DNA of 63,750 nt, the filler included, from Octopus bimaculoides (taxonomy: Eukaryota), in assembly GCF_001194135.2 (NCBI RefSeq). It is 8 parts of 8 records of this genome, joined end to end, with 100 filler letters (N's around TTAATTAATTAA, not from the genome) between each part and the next. Parts side by side here need not be neighbours in the genome. Positions count along the whole stretch, not along the records: positions 1 to 15,902 come from NC_068981.1; 7 more parts are not named here. One strand, written 5' to 3'. Numbering within the stretch: position 1 is the first letter of the stretch; each line of letters starts with the position of its first letter. Below the pieces are notes generated by a model. That model was not told the origin of the DNA and searched no databases. It saw only the letters and a program-made list of their open reading frames with translations. Below, piece after piece: positions 1 through 13,172 of the stretch. The position numbers were made by a program, and so were the translations under genes.

Positions 1-138
1 ACTGCACACATTCTACGCAAAACACTTTCAATACAGTAAACATAAGAGCACCACAGCAAACCACAGCACATACCCAAGGCGCACAGAGCTGCGCTCGGTA
101 GTGAAGTGAAAGCACGTTATAAAAATAAAACTACTGAA
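1..138 (+). mobile_element. 3' end of an R4/Dong-like non-LTR retrotransposon (ORF end TAHILRKTLSIQ* plus 3' UTR), cut by the window edge
   Basis: Nearly identical to 26511-26648, which follows a recognisable REL endonuclease; runs into an (AAT)n tail. Confidence 0.85.
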
Positions 139-191
139 CAATGATAATAATAATAATAATAATAATAAAGCACGTTATAAAAATATAACTA

Positions 192-230
<39 letters not shown>

Positions 231-254
231 ACTACTAATAATAATAATAATAAT

Positions 255-290
<36 letters not shown>
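139..290. repeat. (AAT)n/(AAC)n tail containing a second copy of the element's last ~30 bp (aagcacgttataaaaatataactactgaa, ~167-196)
   Basis: Direct reading of the sequence. Confidence 0.85.
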
Positions 291-749
291 AGATGGGCTA
301 GCAAATATTCTGCTCATTACCAAACGTTTGCTTGTCAGTTGTTTGACCTTAGCCGGTTGAACATGTCCTTTGGTGGCTGACGATATGTGTATCTTTGATC
401 ACGAACAGAAGTTGTTGGGGAGCATCATAGCCATATGTTGAGCGAAATTCTTTAGGGTTTGAATAATTCACCTTCGGAAATATGGGTATTTCATTCAACA
501 TCCTTAAACAAACCTTATTCAAGGATCTTTTGAATGGGATGGGCTACTTGACCTGAAGAAAATTCTAACTGGGCTCCTCCTCCAAGGTCATGCACTGTTA
601 ATCTTGATATGAGATCAACATGTCGTGCACATATGGCTGTGATACACGTACCCGGTGTACCATTATCAGACAAGTAGCCATGATGGGTATACTGCGCTTC
701 ATATGTTTTACCCCAGTGTCACTTTGATGGCATGCACTGCTCTCTCACT
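289..749 (-). repeat. Unclassified ~460-bp dispersed repeat lying between microsatellites
   Basis: Higher-complexity block bounded by (AAC)n and AAT runs; I recall it as abundant in octopus DNA, but only one copy is in the window, so this is unverified. Confidence 0.3.
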
Positions 750-789
750 AAATAAAAAAAAGACAAATAATAATAATTTTGACAGCCAG

Positions 790-1684
790 AATTTGCTGCC
801 AGAAGAAGAGTAAGATTCCAGGCAGAAAGCTAGAGAAACGCATAATCTATTATACAGAGACAAAGCAGTCCTTAATGAAGTAAAATCTAGAAAGAAAAAT
901 TTAACAATAGCATGGATAAATTATAAGATTTCACACTCGTAGATAAGTGAATGTTTGAGTATATTTAGCATGCAGAAAACATAACAGAACCAATTAGCAT
1001 GAAGAAATCAAAAGTAAAATGCACTTTTGACACAACCTGAAAGTTAATATCATGAGAGGAATTTTCGAAGGAGACTCGTTATCTCCTCTCATATTTTTTT
1101 TATGTTTGGTCCCCCTCAGTTTAGTATTAAGGAAGGCAAAGGTAAAGTATCAGTTCAAAAATAGTAAAGGAAAAATTAACCATTGGCTCGACAGGGATAA
1201 TCTGAAGCATTTTAGTAAGAATGAAAAATAGATAGATTCCTTAATACAGACTGTAAGACTCTTCAGTAAAGATATAGGGATGGAATTTGGCCTAGATAAG
1301 TGTGCAATATTAGTCAAGAGAAGGGGACAGGTAGTTAACAGCGAAGGCATCCAATTACAGATAGCTAGACATTAAAATCATTCAAAGGAGGAGAGAGTTA
1401 TAAGTATCTAGCGACTGAATTACAGAGACTATGGAAAATACGGGTAAAAATGTATGCCTGTGGTTATAGGTGCAATAGGAACTATCCCTAAAGATTTGAA
1501 GAGATGGAGAGAAGAAATAGGGGTAAAACTTAGTTTAGTACAACTTCAGAAAACAGTATTGTTAGAGACAGGTAGAATACTTAGGAGAATCTTTGGCATC
1601 TAAGATTGCTTGTTGTAGCCCGATGTTAGGAATATTTGTTTTCCAACAGTCTAATTTGTTATGCGTCTATGAAATAATAATAAT
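790..1684 (+). mobile_element. Decayed, internally deleted R4/Dong-like LINE: RT motifs joined to the REL C-terminus, 3' UTR and AAT tail
   Basis: Translated fragments DKAVLNEVKSRKKNLTIAWINYK, RGIFEGDSLSPL, DIGMEFGLDKCA, PVVIGAIGTIPKDL..LQKTVLLETGRILRR; stops and frameshifts. Confidence 0.85.
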
Positions 1685-2097
1685 AGTCTGAAAACTTGAC
1701 AATGTATGGAGCTCACCATCCGAAAGCTGATATCAACTGGCTGTACTTGGGGAGAGAACAGGGTGGAAGAGGCTTAATAGCAGTAGAAGAATGAGTACAG
1801 ATGGAAAGAGAAAGTATAGTAGAATATTTTCAGAGTAGCACAGAAAAACTACTTAGGTCAGTAACTAAAGGACAGGTGAAGAAGCGCGTAATAGGAGAAA
1901 AAGACAAGAATGAAACACAAAGAAAGCACGCTAAACAGAATGAAGAGAAACCCCTGCATGGCCAATTTTGGCGAGTTACTGAAGATGAATGTGGAATAAA
2001 ATCCTGGAATGGGTTGAAAAGGGGCAATTAAAAAAGAAAAGAAACAGTGAGCCTAATTGTAGCAGCCTAATATCAAGCGATAGAAACAAACAACTTG
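1685..2097 (+). mobile_element. R4/Dong-like LINE fragment (post-RT region)
   Basis: TMYGAHHPKADINWLYLGREQGGRGL and EKPLHGQF match the YLPR..GGRGL / LHGQF motifs of this clade. Confidence 0.8.
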
Positions 2098-2200
2098 AGT
2101 ATTTTCTGAGTTCAAATCTCGCCGAGCTCGACTTTGCCTTTCATCCATCCGGAGTCAATAAAATAAAATACCACTCAGGTATTGAGGTCGGCCAAATCGT
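2098..2200 (+). mobile_element. tRNA-derived SINE fragment (same family as 11765)
   Basis: ctgagttcaaatctcgccgagctcgactttgcctttcatcc matches 11832-11870. Confidence 0.75.
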
Positions 2201-3800
2201 CTAAAGTTCTTCATACAAATTTCAGAACTCGTGACTGTGCTCGAAACAATTCTTTTCTGTAATTTTAATGATTTCAAGATCTCAGGAACAGAGTAAAAAT
2301 GTTTGGACAACATATGTGGAAACTATATCCTATCTTTTGCTATCATATTGATAGTGAACTACTTTTCTTTAAATTGTATCTGATTTTAAACATCAAGAGA
2401 GAAATAAGTAAAGGCAAAATAAATTTATGATTTATTTTCGAGATATTTTAATAGAGATCTATTAAACAGATTATTCATGATAAATGGAAATAAATTTGTC
2501 AGTCTTCGAATAAAATGAAATGAAATATGACTTATTATTTTACCACGTGTCATAAAATGTTTGCTTGCCTACAATTATTAAGGAGTGACCATAATAAATG
2601 AACGTAAAATTTCTGCACATTTAAAGAAGGGAGACTGATGTGAGTGAAAATATTGCATTATGCTTGATAATTATAAAGTGATGTAAGTACGAGTGTATGA
2701 ATATCATTGTCAATGGAAATATTTTAACACTAGGGTGAGTCATGTCTTCAGCACTGTTTCTGCCTAGTAATATATAAGATGATTATTCTCTTTATTGCCT
2801 GAAGGATCGAACATGGTGAAAATGCCTGTGCAGCGATGGAATGAATTATCAGATTCTAACAAATAACTAAGAGCTACAAGCTTTAAATACATTTTCTCCT
2901 GCATGACAGGCAGATCTGTGTGTCTGAATGTGAGTGTCTGTGTATGTGTGTGCGAATGCGCGTAGCGTTTTATAATCCATAATGAGTTACACTTAAGGTA
3001 ATATATTCGAGTTTCAAGGTACTTAAGTGAGTTGGAGTGGGAGCAGAGCACACTTGTTCACATCTCTCTAAGGGAAGCGTTCAAATTTCTACATAAACCT
3101 ACAGGCATTTTTCTCTTTCCTTCTGTCGCTGCACATGCACACCACACGCACACACATACACATACATATATACATATATACATACACACACACACACACA
3201 CACANNNNNNNNNNNNNNNNNNNNNNNNNNNNNNNNNNNNNNNNNNNNNNNNNNNNNNNNNNNNNNNNNNNNNNNNTATATATATATATATATATATGTA
3301 TAGGGAATTCAATACTTATCTCGCAACTCGAGTGAGTTTCATGCAACTCGGTCCTTCAGGTATTCAATAGAAATTACTGACGCCTTGGCGATTGTAGACA
3401 AGGTTTTGGTTATTATTGGCACCAGGCAACTTATTTGATCGAATATTATACCGATTGGCAAAGGTACATATTAGTTCTTATCTATGTCTGTAGATATAAA
3501 CAAAGACAAACAAGACTAAATATTGTAAAAATGTGTCTGCCATTCTTCTCATGTCGCCGAAATCTTTGCTCAGATTAATAAAGAAAAATTTAAACATTGA
3601 ATTCTGTTTCATAGCGTATATAGAGAGGTGAAGATATAGTTGCGTGTTTAAGGAGTTTGCTTCATAATTACATAGATCCGGACTTGACCCGATTAGCAGC
3701 CTCGTGCATTCAACTATACTCGCTGCTTGTATGCTCGATCCATGGGATAATGACAAAAGGAGGTCTGGCTGTTTAAACAAATATATTAGTAAATGTTTAA

Positions 3801-4014
3801 CTCTTTACACCGACTATACCAGGCCCAAATATTTTATCTGCTTTATGCGCAACATAGTCATATCTGGCCCCTCACACCTAAACTTCCATGTCATTTTAGA
3901 AAATAAACAATCACATCATTAAAATCTCAAAGCTACAAGACAATATATTATCACTTCAAAATAATGTGAATAAATGAGTACTATATTTGACAGAATAATC
4001 TGAATGTTGAAGAG
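3801..4014. mobile_element. piggyBac-type MITE
   Basis: TTAA on both sides (3797-3800, 4015-4018); short imperfect TIRs ctcttt.../...gaagag; non-coding interior. Confidence 0.65.
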
Positions 4015-4207
4015 TTAAACTTCTAGAGTTATTCATATTCGTACAGTTTATCATATTTTACATGAATAACATAGCACTATGCTATATTGTATTTTTTAGC
4101 CTTACCGTTTGTCAGTAAGCTTAAATCAATGAATGGCAGCAACGGTTAGTAAAATAACTGTATTACTATTAACTGCTTATAATTTATAAATCAGTTTTTC
4201 TGAACCC

Positions 4208-4549
4208 ATGGATAGATCACGAATTCGTGCTGTTTGTGAATATGAGTTTCGTTGTTGAACCAATGCGTCCCAGACAGCTGGAAGCATCAGTGAGGTGTTT
4301 TGTGAATCTGTGGCGAATGAGCAGCACTTTACGTCGATGGTTTGAAAAGTTCTGGTGACTTTACACTTGAAAATCAGCTCTGCAGTAGACCTGAGACCAA
4401 GTTGGATAATGATTAGCTGTAAACTGTAGTGGAAACGGATGCGTCTCAAACTATGCGTGAGTTAGCAGCAGTGTTTGATATTTTGATTCCAACTGTATTG
4501 GACCATCTGAAACAAATCGGTAAGGTAAAGAAGCTGGAAAAGTGGGTAC
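4208..4549 (+). mobile_element. Decayed mariner transposase, N-terminal HTH fragment
   Basis: MDRSRIRAVCEYEFR...RWFEK...TMRELAAVFDILIPTVLDHLKQIGKVKKLEKWV; breaks off at the WVPHEL position. Confidence 0.85.
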
Positions 4550-4556
4550 TGTATTT

Positions 4557-4694
4557 GACGTGCTGCAGCATGCGTTTGGTGATCTTTGGAAAGTGTCATG
4601 TCCCTTCTGTATTGAGACTCCATCTGATGTGCTGCAGCATGCTGTGGCTGATATTGAGAAAGTCTCACGTTCCTTATGTCTTGAAACTCTCGCC
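4557..4694. repeat. Two diverged 69-bp tandem units
   Basis: gacgtgctgcagcatgc...gagactc at 4557 and gatgtgctgcagcatgc...gaaactc at 4626. Confidence 0.7.
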
Positions 4695-5067
4695 TTCGGT
4701 TTTCTGCACACCTCCTTGCTTTGTAGGTGTTTCTGGAGAGATTACGTTTTTTTCTTTGGTGGCATATTTTTTCAATATTTTAAACAAAAAATTATGAACA
4801 TAGAAAAAAATTTACATTAGTCTCTATTTTTGCAAACAGTTGTATGGAGAATGTCTATATTTATGTATGCAGTGTAAATTAAACCAAATACAAGCAAATA
4901 CGTTGCAACCTTGCAACTGCTACGATAATTATGAACTGTTAATTGAACGGTAGATGTGTATTTTATATAACTTGGATCTTCTACGGATTTTTCTCTTGTC
5001 AAGAGTTTCACCTCCAGCGTTTACGTCACATATGTATATGTATGTGTAGATGTATGTGTGTGTTTAA

Positions 5068-5122
5068 GGGCGGCGAGCTGGCAGAATCGTTAGCACGCCG
5101 GGTGAAATGCTTAGCAGTATTG
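5068..5122 (+). mobile_element. Isolated tRNA-like SINE head
   Basis: ggcgagctggcagaatcgttagcacgccgggtgaaatgcttag is identical to the start of the 11765 SINE. Confidence 0.85.
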
Positions 5123-5249
5123 CAGAGGGTGTGAGAAAGAGAAAAGATAAATAAACAGAGAGAGAAAAGGGAGAGGATCGGTTGAAAACTGTAGGAATGC
5201 ATACGTACTACACACACACACACACACATGCACACACACATTCTTTGTT

Positions 5250-5284
<35 letters not shown>

Positions 5285-5287
5285 TGA

Positions 5288-5702
5288 TGTGGTAACGATC
5301 ATTACTTTACTTTACTTTTCAGTTAAGTTACTATTTACATGTCTTATACAGATTTTAGAACCAGCAACTTTGCTTGCTGCAAAATCAGTGGCTGTCTGTC
5401 GCTCACTAATCTATATACTGCGAACAGGGACGAACGACTGTCATTTCTAGCAGACATGTGTACCACTACTGAGGAAGAGTGAGACTCTGAAACCAGCTGG
5501 TCTACTGTTCCTGTCGCCTGCTAAAGGGGAGTTTTTCACTCCGATCTTTGCCATATATCGAGCACAGAAATTGTACTGCTAACCTGCTGGAGAAGTCAAA
5601 AAGTAGTAACATTGTTCTAGGGTCAAAACTGCTAGTAACATTGTTGTATGCAAAATAACCACGTTGAGGTCATAACAGCCATTACTTTTCAGTATCGTTA
5701 CA
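5288..5702. mobile_element. Possible solo LTR or other element with short inverted termini
   Basis: Starts tgtggtaacgat, ends atcgttaca; no TSD found. Confidence 0.3.
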
Positions 5703-8119
5703 ACTTAAATCACTAATAGAGATTTTAGAACTAGGGACTTTGCTTATATATATATATATATATTATNNNNNNNNNNNNNNNNNNNNNNNNNNNNNNNNNN
5801 NNNNNNNNNNNNNNNNNNNNNNNNNNNNNNNNNNNNNNNNNNNNNNNNNNNNNNNNNNNNNNNNNNNNNNNNNNNNNNNNNNNNNNNNNNNNNNNNNNNN
5901 NNNNNNNNNNNNNNNNNNNNNNNNNNNNNNNNNNNNNNNNNNNNNNNNNNNNNNNNNNNNNNNNNNNNNNNNNNNNNNNNNNNNNNNNNNNNNNNNNNNN
6001 NNNNNNNNNNNNNNNNNNNNNNNNNNNNNNNNNNNNNNNNNNNNNNNNNNNNNNNNNNNNNNNNNNNNNNNNNNNNNNNNNNNNNNNNNNNNNNNNNNNN
6101 NNNNNNNNNNNNNNNNNNNNNNNNNNNNNNNNNNNNNNNNNNNNNNNNNNNNNNNNNNNNNNNNNNNNNNNNNNNNNNNNNNNNNNNNNNNNNNNNNNNN
6201 NNNNNNNNNNNNNNNNNNNNNNNNNNNNNNNNNNNNNNNNNNNNNNNNNNNNNNNNNNNNNNNNNNNNNNNNNNNNNNNNNNNNNNNNNNNNNNNNNNNN
6301 NNNNNNNNNNNNNNNNNNNNNNNNNNNNNNNNNNNNNNNNNNNNNNNNNNNNNNNNNNNNNNNNNNNNNNNNNNNNNNNNNNNNNNNNNNNNNNNNNNNN
6401 NNNNNNNNNNNNNNNNNNNNNNNNNNNNNNNNNNNNNNNNNNNNNNNNNNNNNNNNNNNNNNNNNNNNNNNNNNNNNNNNNNNNNNNNNNNNNNNNNNNN
6501 NNNNNNNNNNNNNNNNNNNNNNNNNNNNNNNNNNNNNNNNNNCTAAACTACAAATTTTTCTCTAAATGGATGGCGATATTTATGGCACACATAGAACAAA
6601 AAACCGGAGGGGAAAGCATAAACAAAACAAGTCTTTAGTTAATCGGATACGATCGTTTCATGGTTAAGAGAATGAAAATTTCCCTATTCCAAATCATCAG
6701 TCCGATATTCTGATAAATTTGAAAGTGTCTCTAAAAAAATTCACGGTAATTTTTGGCCATGCGACACCAAAAATCAACGATAAGAAAGGCACTTACGAAT
6801 TCATCGGCTATTATATATATATACATACATATCTGCACGCATATGTATCATGTAAGCAACTCTACACGTGTATTCTCAATATTCACATGTGAGTACAAGA
6901 GCATATGCGCAGGCAATAGTTGATAGGTATCTGATAAAAATTACATATATGCAGATGTGAAAAACTCATGAGATGTAAAACTTATAAGGAAGTGTAAAAT
7001 GTAAAAATGCAAAATATAGAAATGACGAAATGCAAAATTACGAAATTATAAATGGGCAAATGTAAATGTTGGGATATGCATAGTAAATGGTACGGAAATT
7101 TTAAAATGTGAAAAATACTAAATCATAACATTATAAATATATCAAGGTATAGTAGTATGAAATCCAGAGTTCATTAGGAAGTCAATATCGTAACAATGGC
7201 AAAGATGTTTATGACATATCGGTTTAGTCCCAAACGTGCATGTTGTGGGTATCATAAAATATAACTAATAATCATAGAATACATACAGTATAAAATGTTA
7301 GCAATGCCATCGTGTGGTATTTCATCTTATACAACATAGACTCCTTGTTCTCTATTATAGACGTTTTATAAACAATTAAACAAAGCAAGAAGCAATTTAG
7401 AAGATAGATTTGTTTACTCGAAGTAAGTGTTAAATTTGAAAGATTCACACGGATACAAAAAAGACAGGAAAGAGAGATGCGGAAAGAAAAGAAAGGAAAG
7501 GAAAGAAAAAAACGAAATGGGGTGGGATAAAGCAGCGGAATATGGAAAGGGAGGGGGCAATAGGCCACATATCCTAGAACAAGTGGGGCAGTCATCCGCA
7601 CTCTGCGGTTATGACTGCAATGATGTTGCCGCAAAGAATGGCCAGTGATACCCGCTGCAGCAGCCACTCCACCTCTGGGACTCATTTCTCTGACGGCCCG
7701 CTGCTATACCTATTTTGCAGAGGAAATAGATAGTACGGGATCCTAGAACATCTCACGTTGTTTGGTTGACCGGCACAAACTGATAGCGGCCGGATACGCT
7801 CCTGTATCTATTGATTTTTCTCTCCTCCGCGTTACGGGCAGCACACCAGGGTTTGCAGCACATGCTGCAACTGTAAACACTTCTAAATTAACAAACCCCA
7901 CTCTTGAATTGTAATGTTCACTTTTTTTCCAGTAAACATATCTAAGTCTATCTCCATAGTTCATGTAGGTCAAACGTATTCATCCAAATAAATTCGCAAC
8001 GCCTGTAAATGTTATTTGGTTGAAATCTGAGAAAGTTTTAGAAAAAGTTAATACATCTTTTATCGCTTTTTTTTATCTTGATCTTTATCATCTTCTTTTC
8101 ACTTGTTTTTCTTTGGACT

Positions 8120-8208
8120 TGTTGTTGTTGTTGTTCTTCTTCTTCTTCCTTTTCTTTTATCACCATCAGCACCGCTATCACCGCCATTACTACTACTACT
8201 ACTACTAT

Positions 8209-8273
<65 letters not shown>

Positions 8274-8275
8274 AT
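8120..8275. repeat. Compound microsatellite (GTT/CTT, then long (TAC)n)
   Basis: Direct reading. Confidence 0.95.
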
Positions 8276-9899
8276 TGTTATTCTCCTTCTTACTGATTAA
8301 ACACGTAGGCAAGCAAAAATATGGGGAAAAAAGAAAGGAAAAGAAGACGAGAACAGAAAATGAACGGAACGGTAAAAGACATAAAAAAGAACATTAATAG
8401 AAATAAGAAATCAGCAAGGCAAAACGAAAACGACAAAAAGCAAAATAAAGAATAAAATGTATGGGGGAAATGCGTACTCCATAGCTTAGTTGCGATTTAC
8501 AACAATATAAAACCAGCATCTGTCATATAACTTTTTTTGTAGAGTACTTTCTGCAATGTAGCGACGCGTTTGAATGAAACAACACCCGATTAAGTTTTAA
8601 AGCATTAACATATTTCATTTTCACAAGTAAAGCATGCACAGTTTGTTTCATCCAAAGAAGAGAAAATGTTATGTGCAGAATGGTGTAGAAGGCGCCTATT
8701 TTAGAGAAAGTGAATTTAGCCTTGCACCTTTAAAATCTGCTTTGGCTTCAAGAAATAGAAATGCGTTCTCACTAAAGAGATCTTAGGAGAATTAGAATAT
8801 GATATATTGAAATTCATAAAGAAAGTGAGTTTGAAATAATTACTTATATATTCCAAGCACAATATCAAAGAATTCTGAAAATGCAAAATACATTTGTAAT
8901 GTTTGATACTGAAAGTATGAAGCCAACAAACACATATGCAAAAGCCCCTTCAGCACATATAAAAAAAAAACAATATTTAGAAACTGAACTATTTGGACAC
9001 ACATTAGCAACGACACTAGACAAAAGATTTAAGCAATTAACGCTCAACTCACCCTGCGCAACCTCACTTGTGGAATGCAGGATCACAAATCAACATTACA
9101 GCGTCACCTTACCTGGAAGTAATTAAAACACCACAATGACCGAAATCATCCTTCCTGCAGTATATTAACGTTTCAAACACTAGAATGTATTTTCATAAAA
9201 CTATTGTAAAGTATAAAAAACAACGAAGAACAATAACGAATGTTCATAATATTCAAAGTAATGAAGAGTCGCTCATTAAACTATATCTGGAAAACCTAAT
9301 TAGCTTAATCAACTTAATCTAAAATTTACTGTATCAACTATCATCCTTTCAAAATTGCCAGAAATTGCTACTTTATCTCAACAAAATGCTCAACCATCCA
9401 CCTGCAATGATCAAGAGATTATCTATAAATATAAGTCGGCTTATATTTCTCAGAAGAATCTGCGTTTAAAAATCATCTTAGCATTATAATGATGCATAGA
9501 AATTAAGTGACTTCAAGAAAAAAATCGATTATTCACCAAGCATTACAATCAATGTAGAAGTGAGTTTCTTCCGTTTAATCCCCTCAGCCTCAATAACCGA
9601 TCAAGCCTAGCTAGATTTGTTTCCTCTGTCACAAAAATACTTTTTCAATAACTATAGATACTACAAATAATTCAAAAGGTCCGAGGTTAAAGCTGCTTCA
9701 CAAACTTTGCCACACAAATAGTCAAAATCAGTGCTAAAAGCCTATCCGACAGCAATATTCTAACCTCCTTCTGACGTAAAACTACTTGAACCTAAGAGAG
9801 TGCTTAGTCATCTCTCAATGTCTAAACAAGTTGATAGTGCGCAAAGCAATTGTTTTCGTCTAAAACAATAAGCTAATTCCTATGTTGGCCTAATAGAAA

Positions 9900-10225
9900 G
9901 CAATTAAAATATCAGGTTCTACCAGTAGAAACACTCTTTCGGGAACTTAAATGAGCAGGCACCAACTTATCTATGTACATATAGTCACCGAAAATAGAAA
10001 CAGAAAGAAAGTCACCCTTGAAAATGCCACATGAAATTCTTACATCTCCAGCATTGAGAAATTCATTGTCACTGTTGAAAGTCAGAGTGGTTCTCCATGA
10101 TCTCAGACTTACAGACAAAACGTTTCGCAGAGTAGGTTCTATTTTATACATTTCCAGACATTTCTTAATCTACCTATATGGTAGACTATCAAAAGCCTTT
10201 TTATAGGCTATCCAGTTTATCAACA
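9900..10225 (-). mobile_element. Decayed non-LTR reverse transcriptase fragment (R4/R2-group-like)
   Basis: Minus strand KKAFDSLP..KCLEMYKI...ISCGIFKGDF corresponds to KAFDSVP and GIFQGDSLS. Confidence 0.75.
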
Positions 10226-10297
10226 AATTCTTGTGCGTTGTTGTTGTTGTTGTTATTATTATTATTGTTGTTATTATTATTATTATTNNNNNNNNNN

Positions 10298-10340
<43 letters not shown>

Positions 10341-11500
10341 CCGTGATATGTTGTTTTAAAGAATTTTAAAACTTTTGATGAGATTATCTTAATAAGACTA
10401 TTATGAAATATAAATTTATATATTAATATTAAAACTACTTAAAATCTCTCTCTTTCTCCCTCTCTCTCTCTCCTTTTCAGTATATTGACACATATACTTA
10501 TACACACGCACACACAAGACGTGTGTATATATGTGAATTTATATATATTTTATATACTTATAAATAACTATACATATGCGTATATATCTATTTATATACA
10601 CATATAAATATGTATGCATATTTATACATAATACGCATTCGTTCATTAGTGTATAGTAAATGTATACATAAATATACATGTACATATATATAGAAATACA
10701 TATATAACCAAAATACAATTTCACACTCACACTCACGACTGCGCCCCCCCCCCCACAATGTCTCCTATAGTCACAAACAAACGCATAGTTAACTTACAGT
10801 GAATAATAAGACACGCAACAGAAGCAAATAAATTTTTTGGGTTGCAAATGAAATAAATAAATAAATGAATAAAATGAACAAGCAAAAACAAAAAAAAGAA
10901 AGGAAAACAAAAAAAAAAGAAACGAGCAGCGTATGTGAAATCATAACGAGAAAAGTGGAAGAAAAGGAAATTTCAAAACGTTGAAATTAGGAAATATTGA
11001 ACGGTTTAAAACATTTTGCTAAGTAGGAGTTGCTTTATTGTTGTTAAGATGTCAGATAAAGTTAACACAAGTTCGTATGCATTTGAGAAGATTATCTGCC
11101 TGTTTATTTAAATATTTTTGAATGATGGCGGTTCAAATAACAACAAACTTTCGAAATAATAACGACTGGCAGACAGAAATAGTGACGAAGAATTATATTG
11201 AACTAGTAAATGAAAATAAATAAACATAAAAATTAAAATATAAAATAGTGAAGGGAAAAGATGATAAATGTATTGCTATTAATGGCTGCGTAACGATAAA
11301 TATTACCGCTGTTGCTGATAGTATTTTTAGTGGTGGTGGTGGTATTTCTGGTATAGAGATGGTATTTAATAATGATGCTTATTGCTGTGGTGATTATGTT
11401 GTTGTTGTTGGATAGTGTGTGGCGCTTGAAAAGATGAAGATAAATGAGCGAACGAACGAACGTACGATCAAACGAATGAATGAATGAATGATGGGGATAA

Positions 11501-11531
<31 letters not shown>

Positions 11532-11666
11532 CGTCGTCGTCGTGATGACGATGATGATGATGACGGTGAAGGCAACAGTGACAATGACAATGGGAATGGG
11601 AATGTCGATAAAGATGATGATTATGATAATGTGTATATGTATGTGGATAGCCTACCGTATATGTAT

Positions 11667-11705
<39 letters not shown>

Positions 11706-11715
11706 NNNNNNNNNN

Positions 11716-11752
<37 letters not shown>

Positions 11753-11764
11753 CATTATTAAAAT

Positions 11765-11976
11765 GGCGAGCTGGCAGAATCGTTAGCACGCCGGGTGAAA
11801 TGCTTAGTGGCATTTCGTCCATCTTTATGTCCTGAGTTCAAATTTCGCCGAGGTCGACTTTACTATTCATCATTTAGAGGTCGACAAAATAAGTACCAGT
11901 TAAGCACTGGGGTCGATTTAATTGACATACCCCCTCCCTTGAAATTGCTGGCCTTATGCCAAAATTTGAAATCATT
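11765..11976 (+). mobile_element. Full-length tRNA-derived SINE
   Basis: A-box-like tggcagaatcg and B-box gagttcaaat; related copies at 2098, 5068, 41364, 51085 and 62811. Confidence 0.85.
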
Positions 11977-12984
11977 ATATTATTAATGTTTGCTTTTATT
12001 TTTGTGGTTGTGGTGTTGGTGAAAGATTGAGGGAATTGTTAGATCATTTGAAATGTATTTTACGGTATTTTTTCGGCTCTTTAGATGATGTGTTCAAGTC
12101 ATGGCGAAATCAACATGCTGTTTAATGCGTTCAGGCTTGATAGGGTAAAGGAAAGCACCAGTGAAGTACTGGGTTCAAAGGTATCGATCGACCAACCCTC
12201 ACAGGTTAAGCAGATCAAACGTATTCACCTAGGAAGTATTCGCAGACTGCAAATACGGCAGTTCAAGAGTATGTGCGTGCGAATGAGTAAAACACGACAA
12301 AAAGTGTGAATATATGCATGCATTCGTGTGTAAGGAGTTAAAGGAAAACGATAATCAATTGTTAATTTCGCTGTCAGGGACTTATATAGATAAATCAATC
12401 GTTCTTTATCACTAGACCAGTTCTAATTAAACAGCTCTATAATCTACAGCATTTCAACTATGAACAAGTCTTCTCTTTTATTCTTTTATATTTAGGACAT
12501 ATCTAGGCCAAATGGCTTTCCTACTTTTATACGGTTAGGTATGATTTCCTGAGACTTATCTACTATTTCTAAGAGTGATTTCGTGATTCACAACAGAGTA
12601 AAGTGGTTGGGAGGGACGCGATATTAGATAAGATTGAAAACAGAAAGATCGATATAGGATGGGTAGTAGAGATGACCAACCGTGTAAGAGGTATCGGCTA
12701 TTATGTCACACATCAAATATATACTTTCTTAATCGATAATTTTGTTATATTGGGTTACTTCAGCTGATTCAGACCTACAACTAGATTCGTTGGATTCTGT
12801 TTTTCACTTAAGCATTAGGTTGTTACACATGAAATGTCGCATTTTTAATTACTTGTTATTTTAGTCATCTAATAACTCAATTATATATACCTTGCAGTTA
12901 TTCTTGACTCTTTTTCTTTCCCAACAATATTGGTAGGCAAAATTCATACCCACAGACCTTATGAGAATCATAACAACCAAACTA

Positions 12985-13172
12985 TGTTGAGTGATTTTCT
13001 CGTATGAGTACAAACTAAGTCACCCTGCCGCAGAATCTCTACGGAATATCAAGCCGGCCTTTGGTAATGGTCTTGTTGACATCAGAACTGTTCAGAAATG
13101 GTTCCAAAGCTCTCGTTTAGGAGATGATAGCCTTGAAAATAAACCAAGGGGTAGGCCAAAATCAGTTTTAAC
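12985..13172 (+). mobile_element. Decayed mariner N-terminal fragment
   Basis: IFSYEYKLSHPAAESLRNI...RTVQKWFQ...SLENKPRGRPKSV (HTH plus GRP motif). Confidence 0.8.

Noticed and set aside
9113-9154. 42-nt minus-strand mini-exon with a strong CAG|GTAAGG donor (KDDFGHCGVLITS)
   Set aside because: Weak polypyrimidine tract, no partner exons and no homology; expected by chance in 64 kb.
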